From contig JAZDMR010000015.1 in the NCBI GenBank assembly GCA_043800725.1, positions 68,065 through 132,064 on the forward strand: a stretch of DNA of 64,000 nucleotides, written 5' to 3'. How positions within the stretch are numbered: the first letter of the stretch is position 1; every line of letters starts with the position of its first letter. The notes beneath the pieces were generated by a model. That model was not told the DNA's origin. It worked only from the letters and a program-made list of their open reading frames with translations, and did no database searches. A program made the position numbers and the translations under genes. The DNA comes from a bacterium. Its GTDB lineage: Bacteria > Patescibacteriota > Patescibacteriia > HK-STAS-PATE-3. Shown here piece by piece: positions 10,095 through 20,020 of the stretch.

Positions 10095-11117
10095 ACCACT
10101 AATTCATTTATTTTATTAATCAGATCATTGATATTTCTTTCTTTGACATAGATGCCTTCGCCCTTTAATATCTTATGGTTTTCAGGAATATCAAAACAGA
10201 TGACCTTCAGTCCCATGGCCAGGTAGTTGTACAGTTTAGCATTAGCCTCACCGCTTTCTGTTGTTTTTGGAGAAATAGCTATTCTGCCTAGTTTTAAATA
10301 AGAAGGGGCCTGTTCGTATGGAATTTTACCGGTAAAAGTGATGCGATCCATTATACCTAGTTTTTTCGCAATTATTCTACACTCCTCATCGGGGTATCCC
10401 ATAATCAAAAAATGATATTTATGGTTTGTATATGGTATTGCTTTTAAAAGATAATCTATTCCCTTATATAATTGCAAACCACCCAGGTAAACAATGACTA
10501 TTTTATTTTTAGGAATGGCTAATGTGGCTGGTTGAACCCCCGGATTAAACATTGATCTGTCTGGCAAATCTTTTTCGACTGTAATGCTCTTTACTTTGAA
10601 ATTATTTATGATAAATGTTTTTAATCCTTCATTACTGGTAATCACCTCATCAGCGTGTTGTGTAATGAATTTCTCTATAAGGTAGGTTACCTTATACAAA
10701 AAACCGTTTTTTTTTTATTGACTTTTGAGCAGTTAATTCACCGGTCAATGAGCCTTGATTATTAAAGATCAGTTTTTTTTTAAATATTATTTTTAAAAAA
10801 TATCCGATTAATGCCCCTTCATGTAAATGTGTGTAGATCAAATTATACTTACCGAACATCATTTCTCTAATTGCCTTAAATAAAAGCAGGCAATCTAAGA
10901 ATGGTTTATAATAAGAAAAACCGGGTTTTATTTGGCTATAGCCAAGTATTTTTATTATCCTTTTTACTTTAATTCCATCAATATCTCTTCCTAGCGGGTA
11001 AGTTAACAGCAAAACATCGTGTCCGACATTTTTAAAGTGTAAATAGCTGTTCAATACTCTTACGTGACAACCCCGATCGGAAAAAAATGGTGTAGGCGCC
11101 AACATTAATATTCTCAT
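10091..11117 (-). pseudogene. GT4 glycosyltransferase split into two overlapping ORFs (10692..11117 N-domain; 10091..10699 C-domain) by a frameshift in a homopolymer tract
   Basis: The N-terminal ORF ends ...SIKKKRFFV* and the C-terminal ORF starts LYKVTYLIEKF in the adjacent frame. The junction lies in the coding-strand A10 run (T10 on + strand, 10707..10716) next to a T6 run. Removing one A fuses both halves into a ~340-aa GT4 protein. This is either an authentic phase-off/pseudogene state or a homopolymer sequencing error. Confidence 0.5.
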
Positions 11118-11129
11118 CGGAACTCAGTA

Positions 11130-12071
11130 TCAGAAATCTTTTGCAACATTTCTTTCAATAATATCTTTAATCTCATAGACTCTTCTATGATTATTAAAAT
11201 AGGTTTTAATTGCAATATCTGCCAATAGTCCAGAAATAAAAAGCTGTATCCCAGCTAATATCAAAAATACTGATATCAGCGGCCAAATACTATTTTGCAA
11301 TGAGATCATACCAGAGAGCCGGGCAATGGTCAGATAAAGACCAAGGATTAGACCTGCGCCTCCCGCAATAATTCCTAAACCTCCAAATAAGTGTAAGGGT
11401 CGTCCAGAATATTTTCTCCAAAACCACACGCTAACCATGTCAACAAAACCTTTCATGACTCTTTTCCAATTGTATTTCGTTATACCGGTTGTACGGGCGC
11501 GATGATTGACTTCGATTTCACCGATACGGAAACCCTTCCAGGTCAGCATTGCTGGAATGAACCGATGAATTTCTCCGAATAGATCAAGGTCATCGAAACA
11601 TTCACGTTTGTACACTTTCAAAGTACAGCCGGAATCCTTGATATGATCAGCTACCAGAAATGATCTAAGAAAATTGGCGCCGCGTGAAAATAATTTTTTC
11701 GAAAATGGATCTTTTCTATTTTTTCTCCAGCCTGAGACAACATCAAAGCCCTCTTTTATCTTGTCAATAAGTTTTGGAATGTCAGCTGGATCGTTTTGAC
11801 CATCACCGTCCATAGTAATAAAGATTTCACCATGAGCTTGCTTAAAGCCCGCATCCATCGCAGCAGTTTGGCCAAAGTTTTTTCTGAAGCGGATTATTGT
11901 TACAGGTGATAGCTTAGTTAGGTTCTCAAAAGTATTATCTTTACTTCCGTCATCGACAAAAATAATCTCATAAGGCTGATTAAAGCGATTCATAACATCA
12001 CAAACCTCTTGATGTAGGGGAGTGACCGAGTCTTGTTCGTTATATACCGGTATAATGACTGAGTATTTCAT
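11130..12071 (-). CDS. polyprenyl-phosphate glycosyltransferase, GT2 (GtrB/ArnC/DPM1-like) with C-terminal TM helices
   Basis: MKYSVIIPVYNEQDSV...IIFVDDGSKDNT and a C-terminal hydrophobic segment typical of GtrB-like enzymes. Confidence 0.75.
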   Translation of the reverse strand: MKYSVIIPVYNEQDSVTPLHQEVCDVMNRFNQPYEIIFVDDGSKDNTFENLTKLSPVTIIRFRKNFGQTAAMDAGFKQAHGEIFITMDGDGQNDPADIPKLIDKIKEGFDVVSGWRKNRKDPFSKKLFSRGANFLRSFLVADHIKDSGCTLKVYKRECFDDLDLFGEIHRFIPAMLTWKGFRIGEIEVNHRARTTGITKYNWKRVMKGFVDMVSVWFWRKYSGRPLHLFGGLGIIAGGAGLILGLYLTIARLSGMISLQNSIWPLISVFLILAGIQLFISGLLADIAIKTYFNNHRRVYEIKDIIERNVAKDF

Positions 12072-12074
12072 TTT

Positions 12075-12983
12075 TTATTGCTTATCCTTAAACCAGGAGA
12101 TTGTTTTTTGTAAACCCTCTGAAAAAGACATGGTTGGTTGCCAGCCAAGTAGTTCCTGAGCTTTGGAATTATCAGCTAGAGTATCGTGAGGTTCAATGCG
12201 TGATGGTATATTAGTTGTCGGACCTCCAATTTTCTTAGCAATTTCATTAACTGTGTGATTGTCTCCAGCGCCAATATTTATTGTTTCACCTTGGCCAACC
12301 TTGGTGCTGGTCATTGCCAGGATATTTGCTTGGACAACATCATCTATATAAGTAAAATCACGCGTCTGAGTGCCATCTCCGGTAATAGTCATGGGCTCAC
12401 CAGCCGTTTTTTGCCGGTTGAAAACTGAAATCACTGTAACGTAAGCTCCTTCAGTAGCCATGTTTGGTCCGTAAACATTAAAGTACCTTAGAGAAACAGT
12501 TTCCAGGTCCCAGAACAAACTGGCCAACCGCATATATTCTTCACCTACATATTTTTGTAAACCGTAGGGGCTTTTAGGGTTAGGCTTCATATCTTCTTGT
12601 AAGGGCATAGTTATTGCATCGCCGTAGGCTGAAGATGAGGCCGAGTAAACAATCCTTTTAACTTTAGCCTTTCTACTGGCTTGAATGACATTTAAGGTAC
12701 CGGTGATATTTACGTCGTTAGTTTCACTGGGGTTTTCAATAGACAATTGAACACGGGGCAGAGCTGCCACATGAAAAACTCCTTCAACGCCTTCAAAACA
12801 AGCCTTAATATCTTCTAAATTTCGCAGATCCTTTTGAAAAAACTCAGCGTCTGCGGGTAAATTTGATTTTTTACCAGTTGATAGATTGTCTAGAATTCTG
12901 ACACTGTGACCGTCATTTATTAGCGCTGTTGCCAAATGGGATCCAATAAATCCGGCGCCGCCCGTTACCAGGTAAAAAGCCAT
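12075..12983 (-). CDS. NAD-dependent epimerase/dehydratase (UDP-sugar 4-epimerase-like, SDR family)
   Basis: N-terminal TGGAGFIGSHL Rossmann motif; the YxxxK catalytic motif is expected (YGLQK present). Confidence 0.75.
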   Translation of the reverse strand: MAFYLVTGGAGFIGSHLATALINDGHSVRILDNLSTGKKSNLPADAEFFQKDLRNLEDIKACFEGVEGVFHVAALPRVQLSIENPSETNDVNITGTLNVIQASRKAKVKRIVYSASSSAYGDAITMPLQEDMKPNPKSPYGLQKYVGEEYMRLASLFWDLETVSLRYFNVYGPNMATEGAYVTVISVFNRQKTAGEPMTITGDGTQTRDFTYIDDVVQANILAMTSTKVGQGETINIGAGDNHTVNEIAKKIGGPTTNIPSRIEPHDTLADNSKAQELLGWQPTMSFSEGLQKTISWFKDKQ

Positions 12984-13112
12984 AATTGTGAGTATTTAAG
13001 TGTAAGTTATCTGCCTTATTCTACAAGAAAGTAGGTTATTTGACAATCTATGATGCGTTAGTTTTTTATCATATTGCTGATTTCAATTGAATCGGTTAAG
13101 ATATTGTAAGCT

Positions 13113-14660
13113 ATGCCTATGACCGAAAAGATGAATGTCTCGGCTGAATCCGGATGGGTGACCAGGCGGATTAATTTGCTTATTTGCGTAGTGCTGGTAA
13201 TCGCGGTTATTGGATATATCTTAGTAGCGGTTTATGCTCCGTATGACGCGTACGGTGATGTTTTTGAATACTTCACTTTTACAAATACGGTCATAGATGA
13301 TCAATCGCTAGACAATATTTCTCAGATAACGGGCGTAACTCTTGGGGATTCAAAACCCGTTTACCAGTATACGCCTTTATTGTTTGTCCAGACCGCGGCG
13401 TTGCAGAGGCTAACTGGCGCTAGTATTCCTCTGATTTATGTGATCATTAATATTATCAAATTACTCACGCTGGCTGCTTTGGTCTTTACCTTGGTCAAGA
13501 AGATGTTTAATTCATCCTGGCCGGCTTTTTGGTCAATGGTATTTGTTTTATTCGGGCCCCTTATTCCGTATTACTCCCACTTATTAACGCGTAACTTTAC
13601 GTGGTTATTTTTATTAGCCTATTTGCTGATTTTCCAAAGCCGGCGAATTGGTTCGTCGCTCAGATTAGTATTGCTTATCATGATCCTGTTCGCATTAATG
13701 CTGTATCATCATGAGACCGGACTGCTATTCAGTTCTTTGCTGATCGTTTTCAGTTCGTTTGAATGGCTGATCCAATATCGTCAGAAGATAATTTCCAAAG
13801 TTAGGGTGACAGTTAATATTTTTCTGACAGTTGCCACTCCGATTACAGTAATTTTGTTTAGCCGAGGTTATTTGGCCAGCCTGATACATGCTAGAGGATT
13901 GATCCAAGTCAAAGCAGAAGTTTTGAAAGCCAATGAATTTATTAGTCAAAATATCGGTTGGGTTCCCATTATCATAATTGCCTTTGGCCTAATAAGCTGG
14001 TTTTGGATAAAGATACATAGAGCCGAACTATCCAGATTCTTGATCTGGTTTTTATTACTCAGCCTGCTCGGCTTTCCTTTGTCCGGCAGCTGGGTAAGCA
14101 TGAGGCTAATAGAGCAGTTCCAACTGTTAGCCATGATTTTAGGGGGCGGCGCTGTTGTCTGGCTAATGTTAATGGTTCGTAAAAAAGTAATTCAAAATCT
14201 TGTAAGTGGGTTGATTCTGATTATGGCGCTGGCTTTATTCGGACAAACAATCGACGATAGAATAAAGAATTCGCAAGTCTCCTGGGATTATTTATCAAAC
14301 CTAGAGGAAATAAAACCATTGCTACAAAATCAAAAAGTTCTGTCAGATCCGTTTACACTTTTTCGCATCCAAGGTTTGACCGGAGCCGTTCCGGCTTATC
14401 AGTTCCGAAGGCCCAAAGACGATTACAGTCAGATCAAGGAATTAGCAAGTGTTTTTAAGGAGGAAAACCCCGAACTAGCTAAGAAATATTTGATCGACAA
14501 TGAGATAGAATATGTGGTGATTAACTCTGAATTTACTCCAGTCTGGGGTGGATCAGAATTAATGAAGTTTGATGATCCAATAAATTACCAGCTGTTAGTA
14601 GAATTTCCAGCGGTAGGTAATGAGTTGCTATCAGTTTATCAAGTAAACAATAATCCATAA
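13113..14660 (+). CDS. polytopic membrane protein, possible GT-C-type glycosyltransferase
   Basis: 515 aa with more than 10 predicted TM segments and an acidic loop near the N-terminus (DAYGDVFEY). It sits among glycosylation genes. The family is unassigned. Confidence 0.45.
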   Translation: MPMTEKMNVSAESGWVTRRINLLICVVLVIAVIGYILVAVYAPYDAYGDVFEYFTFTNTVIDDQSLDNISQITGVTLGDSKPVYQYTPLLFVQTAALQRLTGASIPLIYVIINIIKLLTLAALVFTLVKKMFNSSWPAFWSMVFVLFGPLIPYYSHLLTRNFTWLFLLAYLLIFQSRRIGSSLRLVLLIMILFALMLYHHETGLLFSSLLIVFSSFEWLIQYRQKIISKVRVTVNIFLTVATPITVILFSRGYLASLIHARGLIQVKAEVLKANEFISQNIGWVPIIIIAFGLISWFWIKIHRAELSRFLIWFLLLSLLGFPLSGSWVSMRLIEQFQLLAMILGGGAVVWLMLMVRKKVIQNLVSGLILIMALALFGQTIDDRIKNSQVSWDYLSNLEEIKPLLQNQKVLSDPFTLFRIQGLTGAVPAYQFRRPKDDYSQIKELASVFKEENPELAKKYLIDNEIEYVVINSEFTPVWGGSELMKFDDPINYQLLVEFPAVGNELLSVYQVNNNP

Positions 14661-14666
14661 TCCAGC

Positions 14667-14858
14667 ATGAAGCAGGACGAAAATAGTTGTCAGCTTGAAT
14701 ATTATAAGTTTTTCCAGCAGATTTTTTATATTCTAAGTGCGCTGTATGTTATTTTGCTGGCACTGGAGACTCTCTGGCCTGGCAGTTTATCCGGTTTCCC
14801 TAGTCTTGATTATCTTCTGGCTGTTATGGTTGTCCTGGCCCTGTATCTAAGCCTTTGA
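14667..14858 (+). CDS. small two-TM membrane protein (hypothetical)
   Basis: 63-aa ORF with two hydrophobic helices, immediately downstream of 13113..14660. Confidence 0.25.
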   Translation: MKQDENSCQLEYYKFFQQIFYILSALYVILLALETLWPGSLSGFPSLDYLLAVMVVLALYLSL

Positions 14859-14868
14859 TAGGGATATC

Positions 14869-16422
14869 TTAATCCTCAGTTAATGCTATGCTGATTTCCT
14901 TGATAGTGTAGTTGATTTTATTTTTAGCTGAATAGGCTGATAAGTCCAAGCTGATTATGCCCTGGTTATCAATATAGGTCGTATTAAAAGGAATCGTGGT
15001 CTCAGATCTGATCCAGCGTCCGTCTGTCTGATTGTCTTGATAATCTCCTAGGATAAAGTCAATTTCAGAATCCTCGATTTGACGACTGTTAAAGGGTTGA
15101 GATTGAATCGGCAGGAGATCAATAAAAGAAGACTCACTAAAGCTAAGAAAACTTCCGGTTATCATGTTAATTTGCAGGTGATTTTTACCAAGCTTTAGCC
15201 AATTAATCTGATTTGCGGGCTGATCTGATCCGGGTTGGAAATCGACCTTGGGCGCGTACCGGACATCGCGATCAGGTCCGAGCGTAATACTTTCACCGTT
15301 GGAAAAAAGAATTGTCTGTTCAGTTGATCCGTAGTGCCAAGTAGGCAGAGTAATATTCGGGGAATTTGTGTAGATAATTAATGGCTCGGCTTGCTTATTA
15401 TACAAATCATCAACAATCAAAGGATTATTTGCCATGACTAAATGCGGCTGATTGACTGTCACTTGGGTGTGAACATCAGCAAAGCCGGTTACTATTCGAT
15501 ATACCCCAGCACTCAGATCAGGCACGCTGAAACTAAACTTTCTTAACGGGCCTGTTTGCTGAACCGGATCAGTGATGCCGTCATCCTCGATAATAGTTGA
15601 AAAAATCAATTCTCCGATTTGATTATAAATATTAAGCGGTACCTCATCCGAGCCGGGATAAAAATTCAGTTCATGGATATTTAGATCAATCTCCAAAGTG
15701 TTTGCTTCAGAAACATAAGCATAAAGGATAATATTACCCTCAAGGTAGGGGGTGGACGAAGAGCCGGTTATTGATTTGGGCAGCGAAGCAAAAAATTCCG
15801 GACTGGGTATCGGGTTTAATTCCGTAAAATAGCGGGCAATTTTTATCTCTCCTGTCGCGATATCGGGTAAATCAGAAATAAATTCTTCCATCGTTTGGTA
15901 TTGCGGCAGTCTTTGCCAAAGAACAAGTTGATTATTGATTGAAGGCCAGTCAAGCCGGCTTAAATATTTTTGATAGAGCGGCTTAGTGATACTATTGGCC
16001 GACTGGGGGTGTTCGAGTGAAATCAAAAGCTGATCAATATCCGCAGGATCATAAACAGCTGACAGGCGCGCGTTAATTAATCGTTTATCAATCAGGTTAC
16101 TCGGTATTTTTAATTCAAATTTTGTTTCCGAAGTGTCAATTTGATATTCATTTATTTTGTACTGTTCATTCGCTGACTCGCCGATATTACTAGTGGACTC
16201 AATTGGTTCAATCGGGGTCAACTGGAGGTCAGTCGAAGGATAGTTAGCCTGAAAAAACAAATTCTGCCCCCAAAAAGCAAAATTTTTATTAAGTAAACCA
16301 AATACAAATAATATTGCAAATGCGCTGATGAAGGCCGTGACCCAGCGCAGTACTATTTTCAAATTAAATTCAGACGTAGATTCAGGCATAAATAAATGCG
16401 TTATCAGCGAAAAGTATAACAA
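14869..16422 (-). CDS. hypothetical exported/membrane-anchored protein; paralog of 29165..30019
   Basis: N-terminal TM anchor then a large hydrophilic domain. Shares the segment L..LWQ..P.Y...EEF with ORF 29165..30019. Confidence 0.45.
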   Translation of the reverse strand: MLYFSLITHLFMPESTSEFNLKIVLRWVTAFISAFAILFVFGLLNKNFAFWGQNLFFQANYPSTDLQLTPIEPIESTSNIGESANEQYKINEYQIDTSETKFELKIPSNLIDKRLINARLSAVYDPADIDQLLISLEHPQSANSITKPLYQKYLSRLDWPSINNQLVLWQRLPQYQTMEEFISDLPDIATGEIKIARYFTELNPIPSPEFFASLPKSITGSSSTPYLEGNIILYAYVSEANTLEIDLNIHELNFYPGSDEVPLNIYNQIGELIFSTIIEDDGITDPVQQTGPLRKFSFSVPDLSAGVYRIVTGFADVHTQVTVNQPHLVMANNPLIVDDLYNKQAEPLIIYTNSPNITLPTWHYGSTEQTILFSNGESITLGPDRDVRYAPKVDFQPGSDQPANQINWLKLGKNHLQINMITGSFLSFSESSFIDLLPIQSQPFNSRQIEDSEIDFILGDYQDNQTDGRWIRSETTIPFNTTYIDNQGIISLDLSAYSAKNKINYTIKEISIALTED

Positions 16423-16437
16423 AGCTAAGCCTCAATG

Positions 16438-17754
16438 TTAAGGGGCTTTATCACTTTTTAATAATCGAGTGGTAAATATACTATTGATAATAAATCTGAC
16501 AAAGAAGGTAATAGAGGTGGCGGCGGCGGCCCCGATTAATCCGTAAGTTTTAATAAAGAAAAAATTTAATACGATATTTATCAACGCTTCTATCACTGCG
16601 GTATAAAAATTAAATTTTACGTTAGCAGTCGCAGTTAGAATGGTGCCATTAACCGTTCCCAAGCTGAAAAATAAGAGAGAAAAGAGCAGAATCTGGAAAA
16701 CAGCGACACCTTCCCGATATTGTTCGCCAAACAGCAGGGGGATTATTACCGGGGCTAAGAAGAATAATGCCAGACAAATCGGAAAGATTAAAAAAAACAT
16801 CTTCCTGATTAATTTTTGATAAAGTCCGCCTATGGATTGAAGATTAACTGATAATTCCGAAAGATAAGGCAGAGCAGTTTGCATTATCGCGTTGGGCAGA
16901 ATCCACAAACCTCGGATGAATAAAGCCATTACTCCGTAAATACCCACCGCTGAGGGATCTTTCAATAAAATACTGAGCATTAAAACATCAGCGGTGATAA
17001 TGATTAACTGAAATTGATTGGTAAGTACGGCATAGCGGCCAAAGCGAAAAAGCTTGGCCATTAAATCTTTAATAATTATCAAGTCCAGACCTTCTTTGGG
17101 AATAGTTTTAATAACTAGCAAGGTGACCCCAATCAAACTGACAGTATAGCCAATAAAATATCCGTTGAGGCCGGCCCATAAAGCTCCGCCAATAGTGGCC
17201 AGCATTAATATCAGTCTTTGCCAGAATTCGTATTTCGCCCGGCGCTTAATATTTTTTAAACCCTGGTGCCAGTGAATTACTATTCCAAAAACTGTAATAA
17301 ATGGAATTAACCAAACTAAATATTTGAGTGACTGCTGGGCTACGTTATCTGAAAGTAAGTTTGGGATAAATAGTAAGCCGAAACTTACTATGGAAACAAT
17401 TATTGAAACACCCAAGATTCCAATAAAAGTTTGACCGAGCAGTTCTTTCCTTAATTTTTGATCGATCGGCTCTGCTACATATTTCAGCAAAGCCATGGCT
17501 AAACCAAAATCTCCCAGGATTATCAAGAAGTCCAGTACTGAATGGATCAATCGGATATGGCCGATCTCTTCTGGAGTCAATATTCTGACCAATACCAGAG
17601 TGACCACAAAGCCGAATATTTGGACGATTCCAAAGGATCCAAACAAGTGCACCGCCCCAGTTCGAAAGCCTAATCTGACATCATTTTTCGCGCTATCAAT
17701 AGTTTCGGAAATCATTTCTGGCCAGCTGTTTGATTGAGAATAATTCTGTTTCAT
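16438..17754 (-). CDS. oligosaccharide flippase, Wzx-like (MOP superfamily)
   Basis: 438 aa with about 12-14 TM helices. The N-terminal region is typical of polysaccharide biosynthesis/export proteins. Placement in a glycan cluster is consistent. Confidence 0.65.
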   Translation of the reverse strand: MKQNYSQSNSWPEMISETIDSAKNDVRLGFRTGAVHLFGSFGIVQIFGFVVTLVLVRILTPEEIGHIRLIHSVLDFLIILGDFGLAMALLKYVAEPIDQKLRKELLGQTFIGILGVSIIVSIVSFGLLFIPNLLSDNVAQQSLKYLVWLIPFITVFGIVIHWHQGLKNIKRRAKYEFWQRLILMLATIGGALWAGLNGYFIGYTVSLIGVTLLVIKTIPKEGLDLIIIKDLMAKLFRFGRYAVLTNQFQLIIITADVLMLSILLKDPSAVGIYGVMALFIRGLWILPNAIMQTALPYLSELSVNLQSIGGLYQKLIRKMFFLIFPICLALFFLAPVIIPLLFGEQYREGVAVFQILLFSLLFFSLGTVNGTILTATANVKFNFYTAVIEALINIVLNFFFIKTYGLIGAAAATSITFFVRFIINSIFTTRLLKSDKAP

Positions 17755-17866
17755 GAAACATATTTAGGATGGTCTATTAACGAGCTGATCATAGCAAAAG
17801 GCGGTAAGACTGACAACGAATAAACTTGCAGAAATTATAGCAATTTGGTACTCTCAGCAACGAACT

Positions 17867-18550
17867 ATGAAGCTGGCCGTTGTTATTCCGGCATATAACG
17901 AAGAGGGGACAATTCAGGCGGTAATTGATGATGTTCATCGACTAACCACTGAAGTTTTTGTGGTGGATGACGGTTCTATTGATAATACACCGCTCTTGGC
18001 CAGAGCTACCGGCGCACGGGTGATTCAGCATATTGTTAACAGAGGTTTGGGAGGCGCATTGGGCACGGGAATACAGGCAGCCTTAAATCAAGGGGCTGAT
18101 ATAATTGTAACATTTGATGCTGACGGCCAGCATCAAGCCAGCGATATTGCTAAGCTGATCAAGCCGATTCAAGAGGGTCAAGCTGACGTGGTAATTGGTT
18201 CGCGCATGATAGATAAAGACAAGACCAGGCAGATGCCGGCTATCCGCAGATTTTATAATTGGCTTGGCAATAGAGTTACCTTTTTTTTGTTTGGAATACG
18301 GACCAGTGACAGTCAATCGGGTTTACGCGCCTTTAGCCGGATAGCAGCTCAAAAGCTTGAGATCAGATCAAACAAAATGGAAGTATCCTCGGAGCTGATA
18401 TATGAAATAAAACGTCATGGATTCAGGTTCATTGAAATACCGATTGAAAGCATTTATACTCAGTATTCAATGTCTAAACCAACGGGACAGAATTTAATTA
18501 CCGGAATAAAAACCTTTTTGCGATTATTATTTTTAAGAATAATTAAATAA
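17867..18550 (+). CDS. glycosyltransferase family 2 (polyprenyl-phosphate sugar synthase-like)
   Basis: MKLAVVIPAYNEEGTI...VVDDGSIDNT. Followed by a DUF2304-like gene, a conserved pairing. Confidence 0.75.
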   Translation: MKLAVVIPAYNEEGTIQAVIDDVHRLTTEVFVVDDGSIDNTPLLARATGARVIQHIVNRGLGGALGTGIQAALNQGADIIVTFDADGQHQASDIAKLIKPIQEGQADVVIGSRMIDKDKTRQMPAIRRFYNWLGNRVTFFLFGIRTSDSQSGLRAFSRIAAQKLEIRSNKMEVSSELIYEIKRHGFRFIEIPIESIYTQYSMSKPTGQNLITGIKTFLRLLFLRIIK

Positions 18551-18551
18551 C

Positions 18552-18887
18552 ATGGTAATTCAAATAATCGTTGTTATCTTTGCGCTATTCGCGATATCCC
18601 GAGCGATATATAGGTTTCGCAGCAAGCAGATATCATTACGCGAAGTATTTTTATGGATAATTATCTGGCTGATTGGTACTTTGGTTGTACTATTGCCTTC
18701 GACTACAGACTATTTAGCTCGATTGCTCGGTGTAGGACGTGGAGTGGACGCGATTATCTACCTTTCAATCATCGGCATTGTCTACGCTTTATTCAGGGTT
18801 TTTGTGAAACTGGAGCATATTGAGCATGAGATAACCACCATAGTGCGCAAAGCCGCCTTAAAAGACCAGGACAAAGAAGATCAATGA
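18552..18887 (+). CDS. DUF2304-like small membrane protein
   Basis: 111 aa with three TM helices, always downstream of DPM1-like GT2 genes. Its stop overlaps the next start. Confidence 0.55.
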   Translation: MVIQIIVVIFALFAISRAIYRFRSKQISLREVFLWIIIWLIGTLVVLLPSTTDYLARLLGVGRGVDAIIYLSIIGIVYALFRVFVKLEHIEHEITTIVRKAALKDQDKEDQ

Positions 18888-20020
18888 AGATACTAATTTG
18901 CACAGAATATTTTCCTTATACTCTTGATTGCGATTTTCGAGGAGGCGTAGAAGCTAGGACATATTTTGCTGCCAAAGAATTAGCCAAAGAAAACCAAGTA
19001 ACAATAATTGCTGCTAAAGAACAGGGCCAGGTGCAAGTTGATTTTCCAGGCATGAAGGTATTGAGGGTGGGGCCGGATCGTTTGTTTACTCAGGGCGGAG
19101 AATTATTAAAAAGATATCAATTTATTCGAGCAGCAGTAAAGACAGGTAAAAGTCTGGATGTAGATGTGGTTGAGGGCACGAATTTTCTAGCTTATCGTGC
19201 GGCCATGAAAATTGCCGAAAAAAAGAAAATTCCGGCTGTCTGCACTTATCATGATGTCTGGGTTGGGCAATGGCGCGACAACCTTGGCTTACTGCCTGGG
19301 ATTATTGGAGAGTTTGCCGAGCGTAAAATTCTGAAATATCCCTGGAATAAAATCATCGCTGTTAGTACGATTACTCGCTCAAAACTGCTAGACCAGGGCG
19401 TTTACGAAAAAACTATTTCAGTGGTGCCCAATGGGTTTGATTTTGAAAATTTACCTCAGACGCAAGAAAAGTTTGAGGTACCCACGATTATCTATGTGGG
19501 CAGGCTGGTTAAATACAAGCGAGTGGGAGATATTATCGAAGCCATGGCTAAATTAAAAAAAAGTCTGCCCAAAGTTCGCTTGATAATTATCGGCACCGGT
19601 CCAAAAAAATGCCAAATAGAAAAACAGATTAATGATCTGGGACTGCAGGGCTATGTCCAGTTTCGGGGCTTTGTCGAGAAGTATCAAGAAGTGCTTTCCC
19701 TGATAGCGCGCAGCCAGGTATTATGCCTGCCATCGACAGTAGAAGGATTTGGGCTGGTTACTATTGAAGCGATGGCCGTGGGTACGCCTTATGTCAGCAG
19801 TGAGATTCCTCCTACAGTAGAAGTGACCCAAAACGGTATCGGCGGAATATTATACCCGCCTGGAAACATATCAGAGCTGACACAAGCCCTGCTGTCGATT
19901 ATGACTGATAAAAAGTATAGCCAGCAATTAGGAGAAGCCGGTAAAAATTTCGTGGAGCAAAGGTACAATTGGCATAAAATCGGCGAACAATTACGCCGGG
20001 TTTATCGGGAAATCAAATGA
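18884..20020 (+). CDS. glycosyltransferase family 4
   Basis: GT4 C-domain: VGRLVKYKRVGDII...PSTVEGFGLVTIEAMAVGTPYVSSEI. Confidence 0.75.
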   Translation: MKILICTEYFPYTLDCDFRGGVEARTYFAAKELAKENQVTIIAAKEQGQVQVDFPGMKVLRVGPDRLFTQGGELLKRYQFIRAAVKTGKSLDVDVVEGTNFLAYRAAMKIAEKKKIPAVCTYHDVWVGQWRDNLGLLPGIIGEFAERKILKYPWNKIIAVSTITRSKLLDQGVYEKTISVVPNGFDFENLPQTQEKFEVPTIIYVGRLVKYKRVGDIIEAMAKLKKSLPKVRLIIIGTGPKKCQIEKQINDLGLQGYVQFRGFVEKYQEVLSLIARSQVLCLPSTVEGFGLVTIEAMAVGTPYVSSEIPPTVEVTQNGIGGILYPPGNISELTQALLSIMTDKKYSQQLGEAGKNFVEQRYNWHKIGEQLRRVYREIK

